Source: an uncultured Bacilli bacterium
Lineage (GTDB): Bacteria > Bacillota_I > Bacilli_A > RF39 > UBA660
Reading direction: 5' to 3'
Assembly (NCBI GenBank): GCA_944358735.1
Contig: CALVRT010000062.1
Location: forward strand, 1-43,126
Length of the DNA stretch: 43,126 nt
Notes under the pieces: model-generated
The model's input: the letters and a program-made list of their open reading frames with translations, nothing else
Databases searched by the model: none
Told to the model about the DNA's origin: nothing
Shown: piece after piece, positions 29,186-39,273 of the stretch
How the letters are laid out: each line of letters begins with the position of its first letter
Position numbering within the stretch: the first letter of the stretch is position 1
Made by a program: the position numbers and the translations under genes

Positions 29186-29716
29186 TTAATTTCTGTTTGT
29201 TTTTTTAGACACATATAAATTACTCATATCTGTGTTTTCGTGATTTAACAAATATATTTTTTTATCAATTCCGCCAGCATAACCAGTTAAGTTGCCACCT
29301 TTTCCTACTACTCTATGACAAGGAATAATAATCGATATTGGGTTATGACCCACCGCACTTCCAACAGCTCGGGCAGATGTTTTTTTACCAGTTTTAGTTA
29401 TCTCTTTAGCAATATCGCCATAAGTAATAACTTTTCCATATGGTATTTGACATAAAATTTGCCAAACTTCTTTAGCAAAGGAACTACCCATAGGTTTTAA
29501 AGGTAACTCATTAATACTAGGTTTTTTACCATTAAAATAAAGGTCTAACCACTTTTTAGTTTTAATTAAAATATCATCTTCTTTTTCTATAAAGTCTTCT
29601 TTAATATTTCCTAGATAATACTTTTGATTAGGAAGCCATAAGCCAATTAAATTACCTTCTTTACTCGCAAGTATTATTTTTCCAAGTGGTGATTCATAAT
29701 AACTTGTATGTATCAT
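29186..29716 (-). CDS. ogt: methylated-DNA--protein-cysteine methyltransferase
   Basis: IPCHRV active site, IPYG..TYG; SD GGAGG before ATG at 29716. Confidence 0.93.
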   Translation of the reverse strand: MIHTSYYESPLGKIILASKEGNLIGLWLPNQKYYLGNIKEDFIEKEDDILIKTKKWLDLYFNGKKPSINELPLKPMGSSFAKEVWQILCQIPYGKVITYGDIAKEITKTGKKTSARAVGSAVGHNPISIIIPCHRVVGKGGNLTGYAGGIDKKIYLLNHENTDMSNLYVSKKTNRN

Positions 29717-29902
29717 ATTATCCTCCAAAAGGCATTTTACCAAATGCCCAAATTCTAAATTTAGTACCTTGTTGTGGCTTAAAAAATCAACTGCAATTAT
29801 CATTTCTATAGTAATTAGCTTTTTTAGTAGAAAATTTGAAAATTCCGACTTTTCTCATTGCCTTGTTTTTTTCTAATTCCCGCTCTAAACAAATATTTTT
29901 CG

Positions 29903-30685
29903 CTAATTATCTAATTTACTCATTATATATTCTTTCGCACATTTCCTGATATTTTCCATTTTAACTTTAGTATCTTCATCTTTATACTCTATTCTATTAA
30001 TTAATATATCAATATAATTATGATTTTTAATATACTCTAGCGATACCTTAAAATTTAAATCATAAATAAAAGCTAAAGCACATATCCAAAAGTCAAGAAA
30101 CGTTTTTCTATCAGCAAGTTTTATACATTTATAATGCATAAAATCATCATATACTTTAGGACTTATCTTTTCATAAACCACATTCTTATTATAAACATCT
30201 GGAAAAGTATCTTCTAAAGCTTCAGTACTATTAACTCTAAAATTATCAAGCTTATCCGCATCTCTAATTATTTTCGCGTGTAAAAGTTCTTTATCACTTA
30301 ACCCATCTTCTATTTTATATTTATTGTGGTTATAAATAGCTTTTTTAATAATATTATCGTATTTATTAGACCCTATAAAATTTCTAATTAACCCATTATC
30401 AAATAATAATTTAACCCCATACTGGGCGTGCTCAAGGCCTTCAAAATTTTGAAATTCTTTTACTTCTTCAAAACGACCAATATCGTGCAGTAAAGCAATT
30501 AATTTAGCTAATTCTATATCTTCCTCACTTAAATTTAAGCTTTTAGCAATAAATTCACTTTTACTTACTACTTCATAAGTATGTTTTATTTTAAGTTTAA
30601 TACTTCCATTATTTTCATCATAATTTTTTAAAAATTGTTCAAATACATTTTTAGCTTTAGCAAAATCGATACTTTCCATTATCAC
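29903..30685 (-). CDS. HD domain phosphohydrolase
   Basis: KIKHT, LLHDIGRF, RDADKLD. Confidence 0.9.
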   Translation of the reverse strand: MIMESIDFAKAKNVFEQFLKNYDENNGSIKLKIKHTYEVVSKSEFIAKSLNLSEEDIELAKLIALLHDIGRFEEVKEFQNFEGLEHAQYGVKLLFDNGLIRNFIGSNKYDNIIKKAIYNHNKYKIEDGLSDKELLHAKIIRDADKLDNFRVNSTEALEDTFPDVYNKNVVYEKISPKVYDDFMHYKCIKLADRKTFLDFWICALAFIYDLNFKVSLEYIKNHNYIDILINRIEYKDEDTKVKMENIRKCAKEYIMSKLDN

Positions 30686-30753
30686 ACCTTCTCTTAATTA
30701 AATTATATCATTTAAAATTATTTTTATAAAGAAAAAAGCAGAAAATCTGCTAA

Positions 30754-31380
30754 TTACAAGCCATCACAAAAATTAGTTAATTTTCCCTTTTCTAGTTTTG
30801 GTAAACCGTGAACCTTTTTACCAATCTCAATTGATTTTATTAAAAAGGCCATATTCTTACCTAAATTGCGCATTGTTCTTAAACCTTCTAAATCTTTTTC
30901 AACATCTTTAGCTTTGCTTCCGTGAACTTCATTCCAATAATTACTAGAAACTACAGGCATATTACTAATCATAAAATATTTATTTATTTCATCAAAAGCC
31001 GAAGTACTACCGGCTCTTCTTGATGAAACAACTGCTGCGCCTACTTTCATTGATTTATTAAAATTCGTACTATAAAATAAACGGTCCAAAAAAGCTTTAA
31101 GCGTTCCATTTATTCCGGCATAGTATACAGGCGACCCAATAATAAGGCCATCAGCTGTTTTAAATTTAGTTGCCACTTTATTAACTAAATCTTCATATAT
31201 ACATTTACTCGTTTTTTTACATTTTTGGCAGCCAATGCAACCTTTTATTTCTTTCCGACCTAATGTAATCGTTTCCGTTTCAATATTTTCTCCTTCTAAA
31301 GTCTTTGCTACTTCCTTTAATGCTCTAGCTGTACAGCCATTAAAATGGGGACTCCCATTAATAATTAATACTTTCATCAA
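30754..31380 (-). CDS. flavodoxin family / iron-sulfur flavoprotein
   Basis: INGSP, CIGCQKC...C, GSPVYY. Confidence 0.9.
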   Translation of the reverse strand: MMKVLIINGSPHFNGCTARALKEVAKTLEGENIETETITLGRKEIKGCIGCQKCKKTSKCIYEDLVNKVATKFKTADGLIIGSPVYYAGINGTLKAFLDRLFYSTNFNKSMKVGAAVVSSRRAGSTSAFDEINKYFMISNMPVVSSNYWNEVHGSKAKDVEKDLEGLRTMRNLGKNMAFLIKSIEIGKKVHGLPKLEKGKLTNFCDGL

Positions 31381-31388
31381 AAACCTCC

Positions 31389-33974
31389 CTAATCTTTAAA
31401 TATTCTTTTTAATATTGGTTTACCAAGTTCATATAATAGTAAACCAATTAAATTAAAGACAAATAGTAAAATAAGATGCATTAAATCAAGCCGAGTTAAT
31501 CCAATAAATGAACCAATTGGTGTTAAGAAAACTAAAAATTCAATAGCGGTAACAATAATTAAACCAATATTCATGTATTTATTAGAAAAAATTCCTTGTT
31601 TAAAAGCAAATTCTTTTAAATTACGGCACGATACTGCATAAAGTATTTCCTGCACAACTATAGTAAATAAAGCGAGAGATGCAGCTACTTTAGCATCAAA
31701 ATAATTTAACGCAATAAAATATGTTGCTAAAGCCAAAGCCGTTTCAACAATAGCTGAATATATAATACAAGAGTTAATAAACGGTGTAAATATTGGTTTA
31801 TTAATTCCTCTAGGTTTTTGTTCCATTATTCCATTTTCGGCTTTTTCAAAAGACAAACAAACACTAGGAATCGTATCAGTAACTAAATCGATAAACAATA
31901 TTTGAATTGGTAACAAAATAGTATGCCCCGTAAACATTCCAATTAAAACCGTGAAAAGCTCAGCAAAATTACTTGATAATGAATAGACAACGTTATTGCG
32001 AATATTGGTAAATATTCTCCTACCTTCTTCTACGGCATCGACAATCGTCGAAAACGAATCATCAAGTAAAATAACATCGGCAACCGATTTTGTAACTTCC
32101 GTTCCAGTAATTCCCATACCAACACCAACGTGAGCTTCTTTAATAGCTGGAGCATCATTTACGCCATCTCCGGTCATCGCCACAACTTTACCACTTGCTT
32201 GATGAGCTTTGACAATTCTTGTTTTATGTTCCGGACTAACCCGGGCATATAACTTATATTTTTTAACTATTTCCTTAAGTTCTTCATCACTATATTTATC
32301 TAGTTCACTACCTAATAAGCCTTCACTTTCATCCTTAAGAATACCTACTTCTTTAGCAATAGCAACTCCAGTTACTAAAGAATCTCCAGTAATCATAATT
32401 GGTGTAATACCAGCTTTTTGACATTTCTTAACAGCCGCTTTGACACTTTTACGCGGCGGGTCAATCATCCCCACCATTCCAACATATATTAAATCACTTT
32501 CTTCATCCATTACTTTGAGGGCTGTTTTCGGTTCTTCTTTTAATTCTTTATAAGCAAATCCTAAAACGCGCAGAGCTTTACTGGCCATTTGATATTCTTC
32601 ATCTTTAATATTTGTTTTTAACTCATCAGTTATTTTTTCTTTTTTACCTTCATTTATAATATAAGTACATTTATCAAGTAAATTTTCTAAACTACCTTTA
32701 ACTAAAATATATTTTTTATTATTAATGGTATTAACCGATGACATCATTTTTCTTTCACTATCAAAAGGCGCTGATATTATTCTTGGACATATTTCTCTAA
32801 CTTTTAAAGGATTAATTTTTTGATTTTTTAAATAAGTAAACAAACAAGTTTCCGTTGGGTCACCAATATATTTGTCGCCATCAATAATTGTTTCATTAGC
32901 TAAAGCTGCTGTATAATTAAACATTTCGTTATCTAAAATATTAGTCTTTTCCACTTGCATTTTATTTTGCGTAATTGTTCCTGTTTTATCAGAACAAATA
33001 ATATCGGTTGAACCTAAAGTTTCAACCGCACTCATTTGTCTTACCACCGTTTTTTTCTTGGCTAAAGCGGTTGTTCCAATAGATAAAGCTACCGTAATAA
33101 CGACTGGTAAGCCTTCAGGAATCGCTGCTACTGCTAAAGATACACAAAGCATAATAATTTCCATTGTTTTATAACCATTTAAAACGCCATAGAAGAACAT
33201 AAAAATTATAATTATAAAAACTAAAATAGTAATTTTTTTACTTATTTCTTCCATTTTTATCTCTAAAGGTGTTTTTATTTCATAAGGAGTATTTAAACTA
33301 GCTGCAATAGAGCCAAGTTCCGTATTCATCCCCGTCTTAACAACTATTGCTTCGGCCGAACCATTAACAACATTAGAGCCAGAGAAAACCATATTAACCC
33401 TACTTTGTAAAGCTTTTTTACCGTGCAGAATACGGACCATTTTTTTAACAGGATTGCTTTCTCCCGTTAATGGTGATTCATCAACTTTTAAATTAGTAAC
33501 AGAAATCAATCTCGCATCAGCGGGAACTTTATCACCAGCTTCTAGTAAAATAATATCGCCAGGTACAATTTTTTCAGAATTGATAACAGTTATTTTCCCA
33601 TCTCTTTTAACTTTAGAATTAGTTATGGTATATTTTTTTAAGCCTTCTAAAGTTACTTCCGCTTTTTGTTCCTGAATAAAGCCCATCACGGCATTTAGAA
33701 AAATAACGACAGTAATAACAATGGTATCAGTATAATCATGAGAGTATAAAAAACCATAAACGCCCATAATAATCGCCACAATAATTAAAACAATTATCAT
33801 TGTATCATTAAATTGTTCTAAAAAACGTCTAAACTTCGACTTTTTTTTAGCTTCTTCTATTTTATTAAGTCCATATTTATTTAAATTATTATTAGCGACT
33901 TTTTCAGAAAGTCCATCTTTACTGGTTTTTAATTCTTCATAAATTTCTTCAAGTGTTTTATTATAGTAATTCAT
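31389..33974 (-). CDS. P2A-type (Ca2+) cation-transporting ATPase
   Basis: TGES, AAIPEGLP, DKTGT, KGS, TGD, GDGVNDAP. Confidence 0.93.
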   Translation of the reverse strand: MNYYNKTLEEIYEELKTSKDGLSEKVANNNLNKYGLNKIEEAKKKSKFRRFLEQFNDTMIIVLIIVAIIMGVYGFLYSHDYTDTIVITVVIFLNAVMGFIQEQKAEVTLEGLKKYTITNSKVKRDGKITVINSEKIVPGDIILLEAGDKVPADARLISVTNLKVDESPLTGESNPVKKMVRILHGKKALQSRVNMVFSGSNVVNGSAEAIVVKTGMNTELGSIAASLNTPYEIKTPLEIKMEEISKKITILVFIIIIFMFFYGVLNGYKTMEIIMLCVSLAVAAIPEGLPVVITVALSIGTTALAKKKTVVRQMSAVETLGSTDIICSDKTGTITQNKMQVEKTNILDNEMFNYTAALANETIIDGDKYIGDPTETCLFTYLKNQKINPLKVREICPRIISAPFDSERKMMSSVNTINNKKYILVKGSLENLLDKCTYIINEGKKEKITDELKTNIKDEEYQMASKALRVLGFAYKELKEEPKTALKVMDEESDLIYVGMVGMIDPPRKSVKAAVKKCQKAGITPIMITGDSLVTGVAIAKEVGILKDESEGLLGSELDKYSDEELKEIVKKYKLYARVSPEHKTRIVKAHQASGKVVAMTGDGVNDAPAIKEAHVGVGMGITGTEVTKSVADVILLDDSFSTIVDAVEEGRRIFTNIRNNVVYSLSSNFAELFTVLIGMFTGHTILLPIQILFIDLVTDTIPSVCLSFEKAENGIMEQKPRGINKPIFTPFINSCIIYSAIVETALALATYFIALNYFDAKVAASLALFTIVVQEILYAVSCRNLKEFAFKQGIFSNKYMNIGLIIVTAIEFLVFLTPIGSFIGLTRLDLMHLILLFVFNLIGLLLYELGKPILKRIFKD

Positions 33975-34054
33975 TAAATCGCCTTCTATCTATACCATCA
34001 TCATTATATCATATTTTAACCGAAAAAAAATAAAAAGCTACTAAAATAGTAACT

Positions 34055-34786
34055 TTACAAATTATAACTTTCATAAGCTTCAGCTAAAGCATCAATCTCA
34101 TTTATATATCCATTATACTCATTAACTAGTTCATCATTAGAAAATAAAATAGTATCTCCTTCAATTTCCCAGTTACTAGCATTATTAGTTAAAAAATCAA
34201 GAACATTTTCACTAATATCTAATAAAGATATTAAATCATTAACAACAACTTCTACCAAACTATTATAATCAATACTATCAATTTCTTTAGCGAATTCATT
34301 TTGATATAAATCGATATAATATTCATCTAAATTTTCATTATCAATATAAGTCATAACTTTTTCTTCAGAAAACAAATCTTTAAGTTTTTCATTTTCTTCT
34401 TCTAATGAAGTTCTAACTTGACCGATAAATTGCTTGCTTTCAATAAAATTAGGCCCATCAGTTATATAATTATCGGCAGTTAATAAATTAATTATTCGTT
34501 CATCTTCAGCAAATTCAACCATTTTATTAACACTACCCAAAATATCGCTCAAATAATTTTTAATTGCTCTTTCTAATTTTCCATAATCTCCAGTTGTTAC
34601 CGTTCTTTCTAACCTCTCATTAACGGCATCCATATCCATTTCATCTTCACTGACTAATTCATTAATTTCAAAAAATTCTTGATTTAGCTTATTTTCCTCT
34701 CTTATATCATAAATAATAGAACCTACAAAAGCAACAATAAGTATAGCTATAATAACCCCGACTATAATTAAAACTTTTTTCTTCAT
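34055..34786 (-). CDS. membrane-anchored acidic hypothetical protein (paralog of 41035-41724)
   Basis: N-terminal TM helix; shared blocks GDY..E..K.YL, NY..DGP.F, DFL..N...W.I. Confidence 0.8.
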   Translation of the reverse strand: MKKKVLIIVGVIIAILIVAFVGSIIYDIREENKLNQEFFEINELVSEDEMDMDAVNERLERTVTTGDYGKLERAIKNYLSDILGSVNKMVEFAEDERIINLLTADNYITDGPNFIESKQFIGQVRTSLEEENEKLKDLFSEEKVMTYIDNENLDEYYIDLYQNEFAKEIDSIDYNSLVEVVVNDLISLLDISENVLDFLTNNASNWEIEGDTILFSNDELVNEYNGYINEIDALAEAYESYNL

Positions 34787-34843
34787 ACTTCCTCCTACGA
34801 TTACATTATATCATAGTTATCTATTATTTGATAATGTAAAATA

Positions 34844-34882
34844 AAAGAAGTTACTTAATAATCAGAAATAACTTCTTTTTTA
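34844..34882. terminator. terminator
   Basis: AAAAGAAGTTA...TAACTTCTTTT. Confidence 0.6.
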
Positions 34883-34895
34883 TATTCTAAATATA

Positions 34896-35795
34896 TCATT
34901 TATCAAAAGTAATTGTCATAATTAATTTATTTTCCTTTTTTGAAGCGGTTATCGTTCCACCTAGTTCTTTAACAAACTCTTTAACTATTGCTAGGCCAAG
35001 ACCAGTATTACCTTTAGTTCTAGCAATATCCACCGTATAAAATTCATCAAAAATTCTTTCAGTGTCTAAATTTTTATATAATAACTCATTAGTAAATGTA
35101 ATTATAACCTTATTATCAGTTTCCACTTTAATATCTAAATTACCTTTACTATGCTTATAACTATTGCGAATTAAATTATCAAATATCCGCATCAGCATCA
35201 TTTCATTGGATAAAATATTAATTTTAGGTTTTGAAATATTTAAATTAATTACTCTTTTATCATTAGAAAAATCTTCATAATGGTTAGAGATAGAATTTTC
35301 TAAAATTTTAACTAAATTAACCTTATTGACTTTAATTTCTTCATCATTAGAAATAATTTTTGAAAACTCAAAAAACGAATTAATTAATTCTGATAATCTT
35401 TTTAAACGTTCTTCAATTATTTTTAAATTCTTTATATCTTTAGGATTAGAACTTGTTTTAAGCAAAATATCAATATAACCTAAAGCTGATGTCAACGGCG
35501 TTCTTAAATCGTGAGAAATATTAGTCATCATTTTTCTTAAATTACTATTTTTATTTTCATATTCATTTTTAAGACTAGTATATTCTTTTAAAGTATTATT
35601 AATAGTTTTTATAAGCTTACATAAATCTTTATCTGATACATCTGTTGTCAATAAAACATTACTTTCAGTTATGATTTTTTTATCTAAATCCCTATTTAAT
35701 TTTTTTAAAGATTTTTTTAATAAAATCAAACAAAAAATAGTAATGATTAGACTAATAATTAATAAAATAATAATTATATCTTTCATTACTATCAC
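34896..35795 (-). CDS. sensor histidine kinase
   Basis: ISHDLRTPLT, NLIRN, FYT, GLGLAIV. Confidence 0.93.
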   Translation of the reverse strand: MIVMKDIIIILLIISLIITIFCLILLKKSLKKLNRDLDKKIITESNVLLTTDVSDKDLCKLIKTINNTLKEYTSLKNEYENKNSNLRKMMTNISHDLRTPLTSALGYIDILLKTSSNPKDIKNLKIIEERLKRLSELINSFFEFSKIISNDEEIKVNKVNLVKILENSISNHYEDFSNDKRVINLNISKPKINILSNEMMLMRIFDNLIRNSYKHSKGNLDIKVETDNKVIITFTNELLYKNLDTERIFDEFYTVDIARTKGNTGLGLAIVKEFVKELGGTITASKKENKLIMTITFDK

Positions 35796-35799
35796 CTGC

Positions 35800-36639
35800 C
35801 TAAATATCTCTTGCTTTAAAATTATTATACCCGATAATTACTGTTATAGCAAATACTACTGCCCAAAAGCCTAAAGTTTGAAGCAAATAAGTTAAATCAG
35901 GACTTAAACTTAATTTTGTTAAAGCAGTTTCCCACTCATAATTTATAATATAATTAGGTAAATCTAAAAATTTAATAGCTGTAGTTAAAACTAACTGAAA
36001 AGCCATTACTAACGGAATAGTAATTCCATTATAAAGGGGCGCTTTTCGAATAATAACATTAAGCATTAAAAGGATACTTATCATCGCATATAAAAGTGGT
36101 AGTTGTTTGATTATTATTAATAACACATCGGTAAATGGGCTTACAAAGCTTTGACCGTTCAATATAATATTGGCAAAATGACTAAAAAAAGCATTTAAGA
36201 AAATTAGAAGTGTACCTAAAATAAGCGCTGTTACTAATTTTGAAAAATAATATTTACGTTTAGAAATATTAGTTGAAATAGTATTTTTTATAGTATTATT
36301 AGAAAAGTCTGAACCAATAACAAAAACAATTACCGCGATAAAAAGATAATATAAATTATTGTTTTTAGCTACAACGGCAACATCTAAAGAATAATCACCA
36401 TAATTTAACAAAATATCTCTAGTATCTTCAATACTAACGGTATTATATAATTCATTTAACTGTTCATCAGTTAAATTATACATTTTATTATTGTCTTCTT
36501 CACCTAAATTAAGGCCCATACTAACGGGAGATAAAGAATAAGCTGACATACAAGCTGACGCTATTAAGAGAATAATAACAATATAAATACCTTTGCTTTT
36601 AAATATTCTAAATAAATCTGCTTTAATTAAGTTAAGAAT
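35800..36639 (-). CDS. ABC-2 type permease, apparent ATT start
   Basis: Frame is open up to (I)LNLIKADLFRIFKSKG, the typical N-terminus of this family; the first codon is ATT overlapping the upstream TAA. Confidence 0.8.
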   Translation of the reverse strand: MLNLIKADLFRIFKSKGIYIVIILLIASACMSAYSLSPVSMGLNLGEEDNNKMYNLTDEQLNELYNTVSIEDTRDILLNYGDYSLDVAVVAKNNNLYYLFIAVIVFVIGSDFSNNTIKNTISTNISKRKYYFSKLVTALILGTLLIFLNAFFSHFANIILNGQSFVSPFTDVLLIIIKQLPLLYAMISILLMLNVIIRKAPLYNGITIPLVMAFQLVLTTAIKFLDLPNYIINYEWETALTKLSLSPDLTYLLQTLGFWAVVFAITVIIGYNNFKARDI

Positions 36640-37553
36640 TAATTCGCCTCCTTAATGATTTCTTTAAAATAATCTTCTAAAGAAATACCATATTCATAAA
36701 ATCCTTTTAATTTTATTTGATTTTGAGCTAAAACATCACTTATAACATCAGGCGTTTCTAAATAATCATAAACCCTAATTTCTTCGTTGTCGATGACCTT
36801 ATAGTTTTTCGTCTGTAAGTTATTTTCTAATAAATAAGCAACTTTTTTAGTATCATAAGTTTTAATAACTAAACATTTTGAACACTCTAAATCCAGTTCT
36901 TCTTTAGTTATTTCTTTAATGAGTTTACCATTTTCGATAAAAGCAAATTTATCAGATAATAAATATAATTCTGATAAAATATGACTTGATATTAATAAGG
37001 TAACCCCATTACTAGCTAAATTTTTAAATGTATCACGAAGTTCACTGATTCCAATTGGGTCAAGACCATTTATTGGTTCATCTAATATAACAAAATCAGG
37101 ATTATTTAAAATAGCTAAAGCAATACCTAATCTTTGTTTCATTCCTAAAGAAAAGGTTTTAACTTTTTTCTTGCCCGTATTTAAATTAACTAAAGATAAT
37201 ACTTTATTTATTTGCTCGTAATCGGTAATTCCCCTTTGCAAAGCATAGTATTTTAAATTGTAATAAGCTGATAAATTAGGGAAAAAAGCGGGATATTCAA
37301 TTAAAGAACCAACCCTTTGTTTATTTTCAAAAAGCTCGTTATTTTCACTACTTTTTCCAAACAAAGTAAAAGTTCCAAAAGATGGCGCTGATAAAGTGGT
37401 AATTAATTTCATTAAGGTTGTCTTACCAGCTCCATTTCTACCGATTAAACCATAAATATCGCCTTTTCTAATCGTTATATTAATATTATCAAGAACAATG
37501 TTTTTACCATATTTTTTAGTTAAATTATTAGTTTGTAATACGATTTCACGCAT
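36639..37553 (-). CDS. ABC transporter ATP-binding protein (BcrA/lantibiotic-immunity type)
   Basis: GRNGAGKT, FSLGMKQR, LDEPINGLD, SSHIL. Confidence 0.93.
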   Translation of the reverse strand: MREIVLQTNNLTKKYGKNIVLDNINITIRKGDIYGLIGRNGAGKTTLMKLITTLSAPSFGTFTLFGKSSENNELFENKQRVGSLIEYPAFFPNLSAYYNLKYYALQRGITDYEQINKVLSLVNLNTGKKKVKTFSLGMKQRLGIALAILNNPDFVILDEPINGLDPIGISELRDTFKNLASNGVTLLISSHILSELYLLSDKFAFIENGKLIKEITKEELDLECSKCLVIKTYDTKKVAYLLENNLQTKNYKVIDNEEIRVYDYLETPDVISDVLAQNQIKLKGFYEYGISLEDYFKEIIKEAN

Positions 37554-37588
37554 ATAATCATCCCTTCCAAAATAATTGTATAAAAAAA

Positions 37589-37618
37589 GTGTTAAAAAAC
37601 TCTTAACACAAATATTAA
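37589..37618 (-). promoter_or_regulatory. putative OmpR-family binding repeats upstream of the ABC genes
   Basis: Minus strand TTAATATTTGTG TTAAGAGTTTT TTAACAC; also an inverted repeat GTGTTAA-N7-TTAACAC. Confidence 0.5.
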
Positions 37619-37625
37619 TTTTTCC

Positions 37626-38291
37626 TTAATTTTTAAATTTATAGCCAATGCTCCAAATTGTTTCGATATAATCTTTAGCTCCCGCCTTTTTTAATTTATT
37701 TCTTATTTTACTAATATGAACATTTAAAGTATTATCATCTGCTGAATAAAAGTTATCCCAAACAGTATCAAAGATAATACTTTTCGTAACAACCTTATTA
37801 CTATTTTGTATTAATAATTTTAAAATTTCAAATTCGGTTTTTGATAAATTAATATTATTTCCATTAACCGCTATGGTATAAGTTTTAGTGTTTAACTCAA
37901 TTTCATTTATTTTAATAACATCACTATCTAAAGTATTTTCTTTTTTTAAATGAACTTTTATGCGGGCTAATAATTCTTCATTGTTAAAAGGTTTCGTTAC
38001 ATAATCTTCAGCCCCTAATTTAAATAAGTCTAATTTCTTTTCAATATCAGTTATCGCACTCATAACAATAACGGGAATATTTTTTATTTTTTTTAATTCA
38101 TTTATTATTTCTTCCCCATTTTTACCTGGCAACATTAAATCAAGAAGGACTAAATCAATATCCTTATTCATTACTAATAAAGCTTCAGTTCCTGAATAAG
38201 CACTTTTAACATTATAATTATTATGATGTAAAACTTCACCTAACATTTCATTAATATTTTTATCATCTTCAACTACTAATACTGTTTTCAT
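37626..38291 (-). CDS. OmpR-family response regulator
   Basis: VVEDD, LLDLMLP, KPF, winged helix LNVHISKIRNKL. Confidence 0.95.
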   Translation of the reverse strand: MKTVLVVEDDKNINEMLGEVLHHNNYNVKSAYSGTEALLVMNKDIDLVLLDLMLPGKNGEEIINELKKIKNIPVIVMSAITDIEKKLDLFKLGAEDYVTKPFNNEELLARIKVHLKKENTLDSDVIKINEIELNTKTYTIAVNGNNINLSKTEFEILKLLIQNSNKVVTKSIIFDTVWDNFYSADDNTLNVHISKIRNKLKKAGAKDYIETIWSIGYKFKN

Positions 38292-38305
38292 TTATATCAC
38301 ATTCC

Positions 38306-39139
38306 TTATTTTACAATAACTTTACCATCTAAATTACAAATATAAGCATTAGGTAGTAATTCTTTTATTTCTTTTAACATTTCCTTATCTTTTTCATATT
38401 TTCTTCCAACTAAAATGCCTTCGATAAAACAAGCTGGAATACCAAATAATACCGCACTTTCTCTGTCAGTAAAAAAATCATCTTTATTTTTTCTATCAAT
38501 AATAAATTGTTTATAATATTTAGGATTAACAAATTCTTCGGCATCCTTATCATTAATGCTATCTGTTAAAATATCGCCTTTTAAAAGTTCCTTTATTTCT
38601 TTACTTTGGCCGTCAAAGATAATACCTATTTGCACATTGTTTTGAACTAAACTTGGCATAAATCTTGCTTCTTTAGTTTGCTCCATATCCCATTTATGAT
38701 ATTCATCCTTAAAAGAAACAATATTAATAATATTTGGAAGTTCAGAATAACTTATTACTTTGCTTTCGTACTTTCCGGGACCACCAAATCTAATAGTCCC
38801 ACCACTATAAAAATTAATATAATCTTTTAAATAATAATCTTGTTTTAAATTCCAAACCCCAACAGAACTAGGATATTTAGAATTACGACCTTGGATAAAG
38901 AAAGCAGCCACTAAACCAGTTTGAACGATTTCTTTTAAGCCATCTATATTCTTATAAGTTCCATGGAGTAATGTACCTTTTTTTAAATAAACATCATCAC
39001 CAATATTGTAATTATGTTTTAATAAAGTAAAACTATCTTTTATTTCATAAAATTTATTAATTTGCTTAACCATTATTTGTTTAGCATTTTTGTGTTTTAA
39101 TATTTTATTAGCTTCTTTAATATAATCTTCTTTGTTCAT
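38306..39139 (-). CDS. hypothetical protein, possible ADP-ribosyltransferase fold
   Basis: LLHGT...I...GL and C-terminal E..VLFGIP...IEGILV; start refined to ATG at 39139. Confidence 0.6.
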   Translation of the reverse strand: MNKEDYIKEANKILKHKNAKQIMVKQINKFYEIKDSFTLLKHNYNIGDDVYLKKGTLLHGTYKNIDGLKEIVQTGLVAAFFIQGRNSKYPSSVGVWNLKQDYYLKDYINFYSGGTIRFGGPGKYESKVISYSELPNIINIVSFKDEYHKWDMEQTKEARFMPSLVQNNVQIGIIFDGQSKEIKELLKGDILTDSINDKDAEEFVNPKYYKQFIIDRKNKDDFFTDRESAVLFGIPACFIEGILVGRKYEKDKEMLKEIKELLPNAYICNLDGKVIVK

Positions 39140-39227
39140 CTTACCACTCCTACATAGATTATAACGGAAAAAGTTACCCATTACAAGCAATTAATTAGAT
39201 AATCTTGGTTATTTTTTGTTATAAAAT

Positions 39228-39264
39228 AAAACCTCATTTATTAAATATATAAACGAGGTTTTTC
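39228..39264. terminator. terminator
   Basis: AAAACCTC...GAGGTTTT. Confidence 0.55.
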
Positions 39265-39273
39265 TTTAAAATA

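Noticed and set aside
29731-29748. Hairpin GGCATTT-TACC-AAATGCC just before the ogt RBS, as a riboswitch or attenuator
   Set aside because: No aptamer is recognisable; it could equally be a simple terminator or operator.
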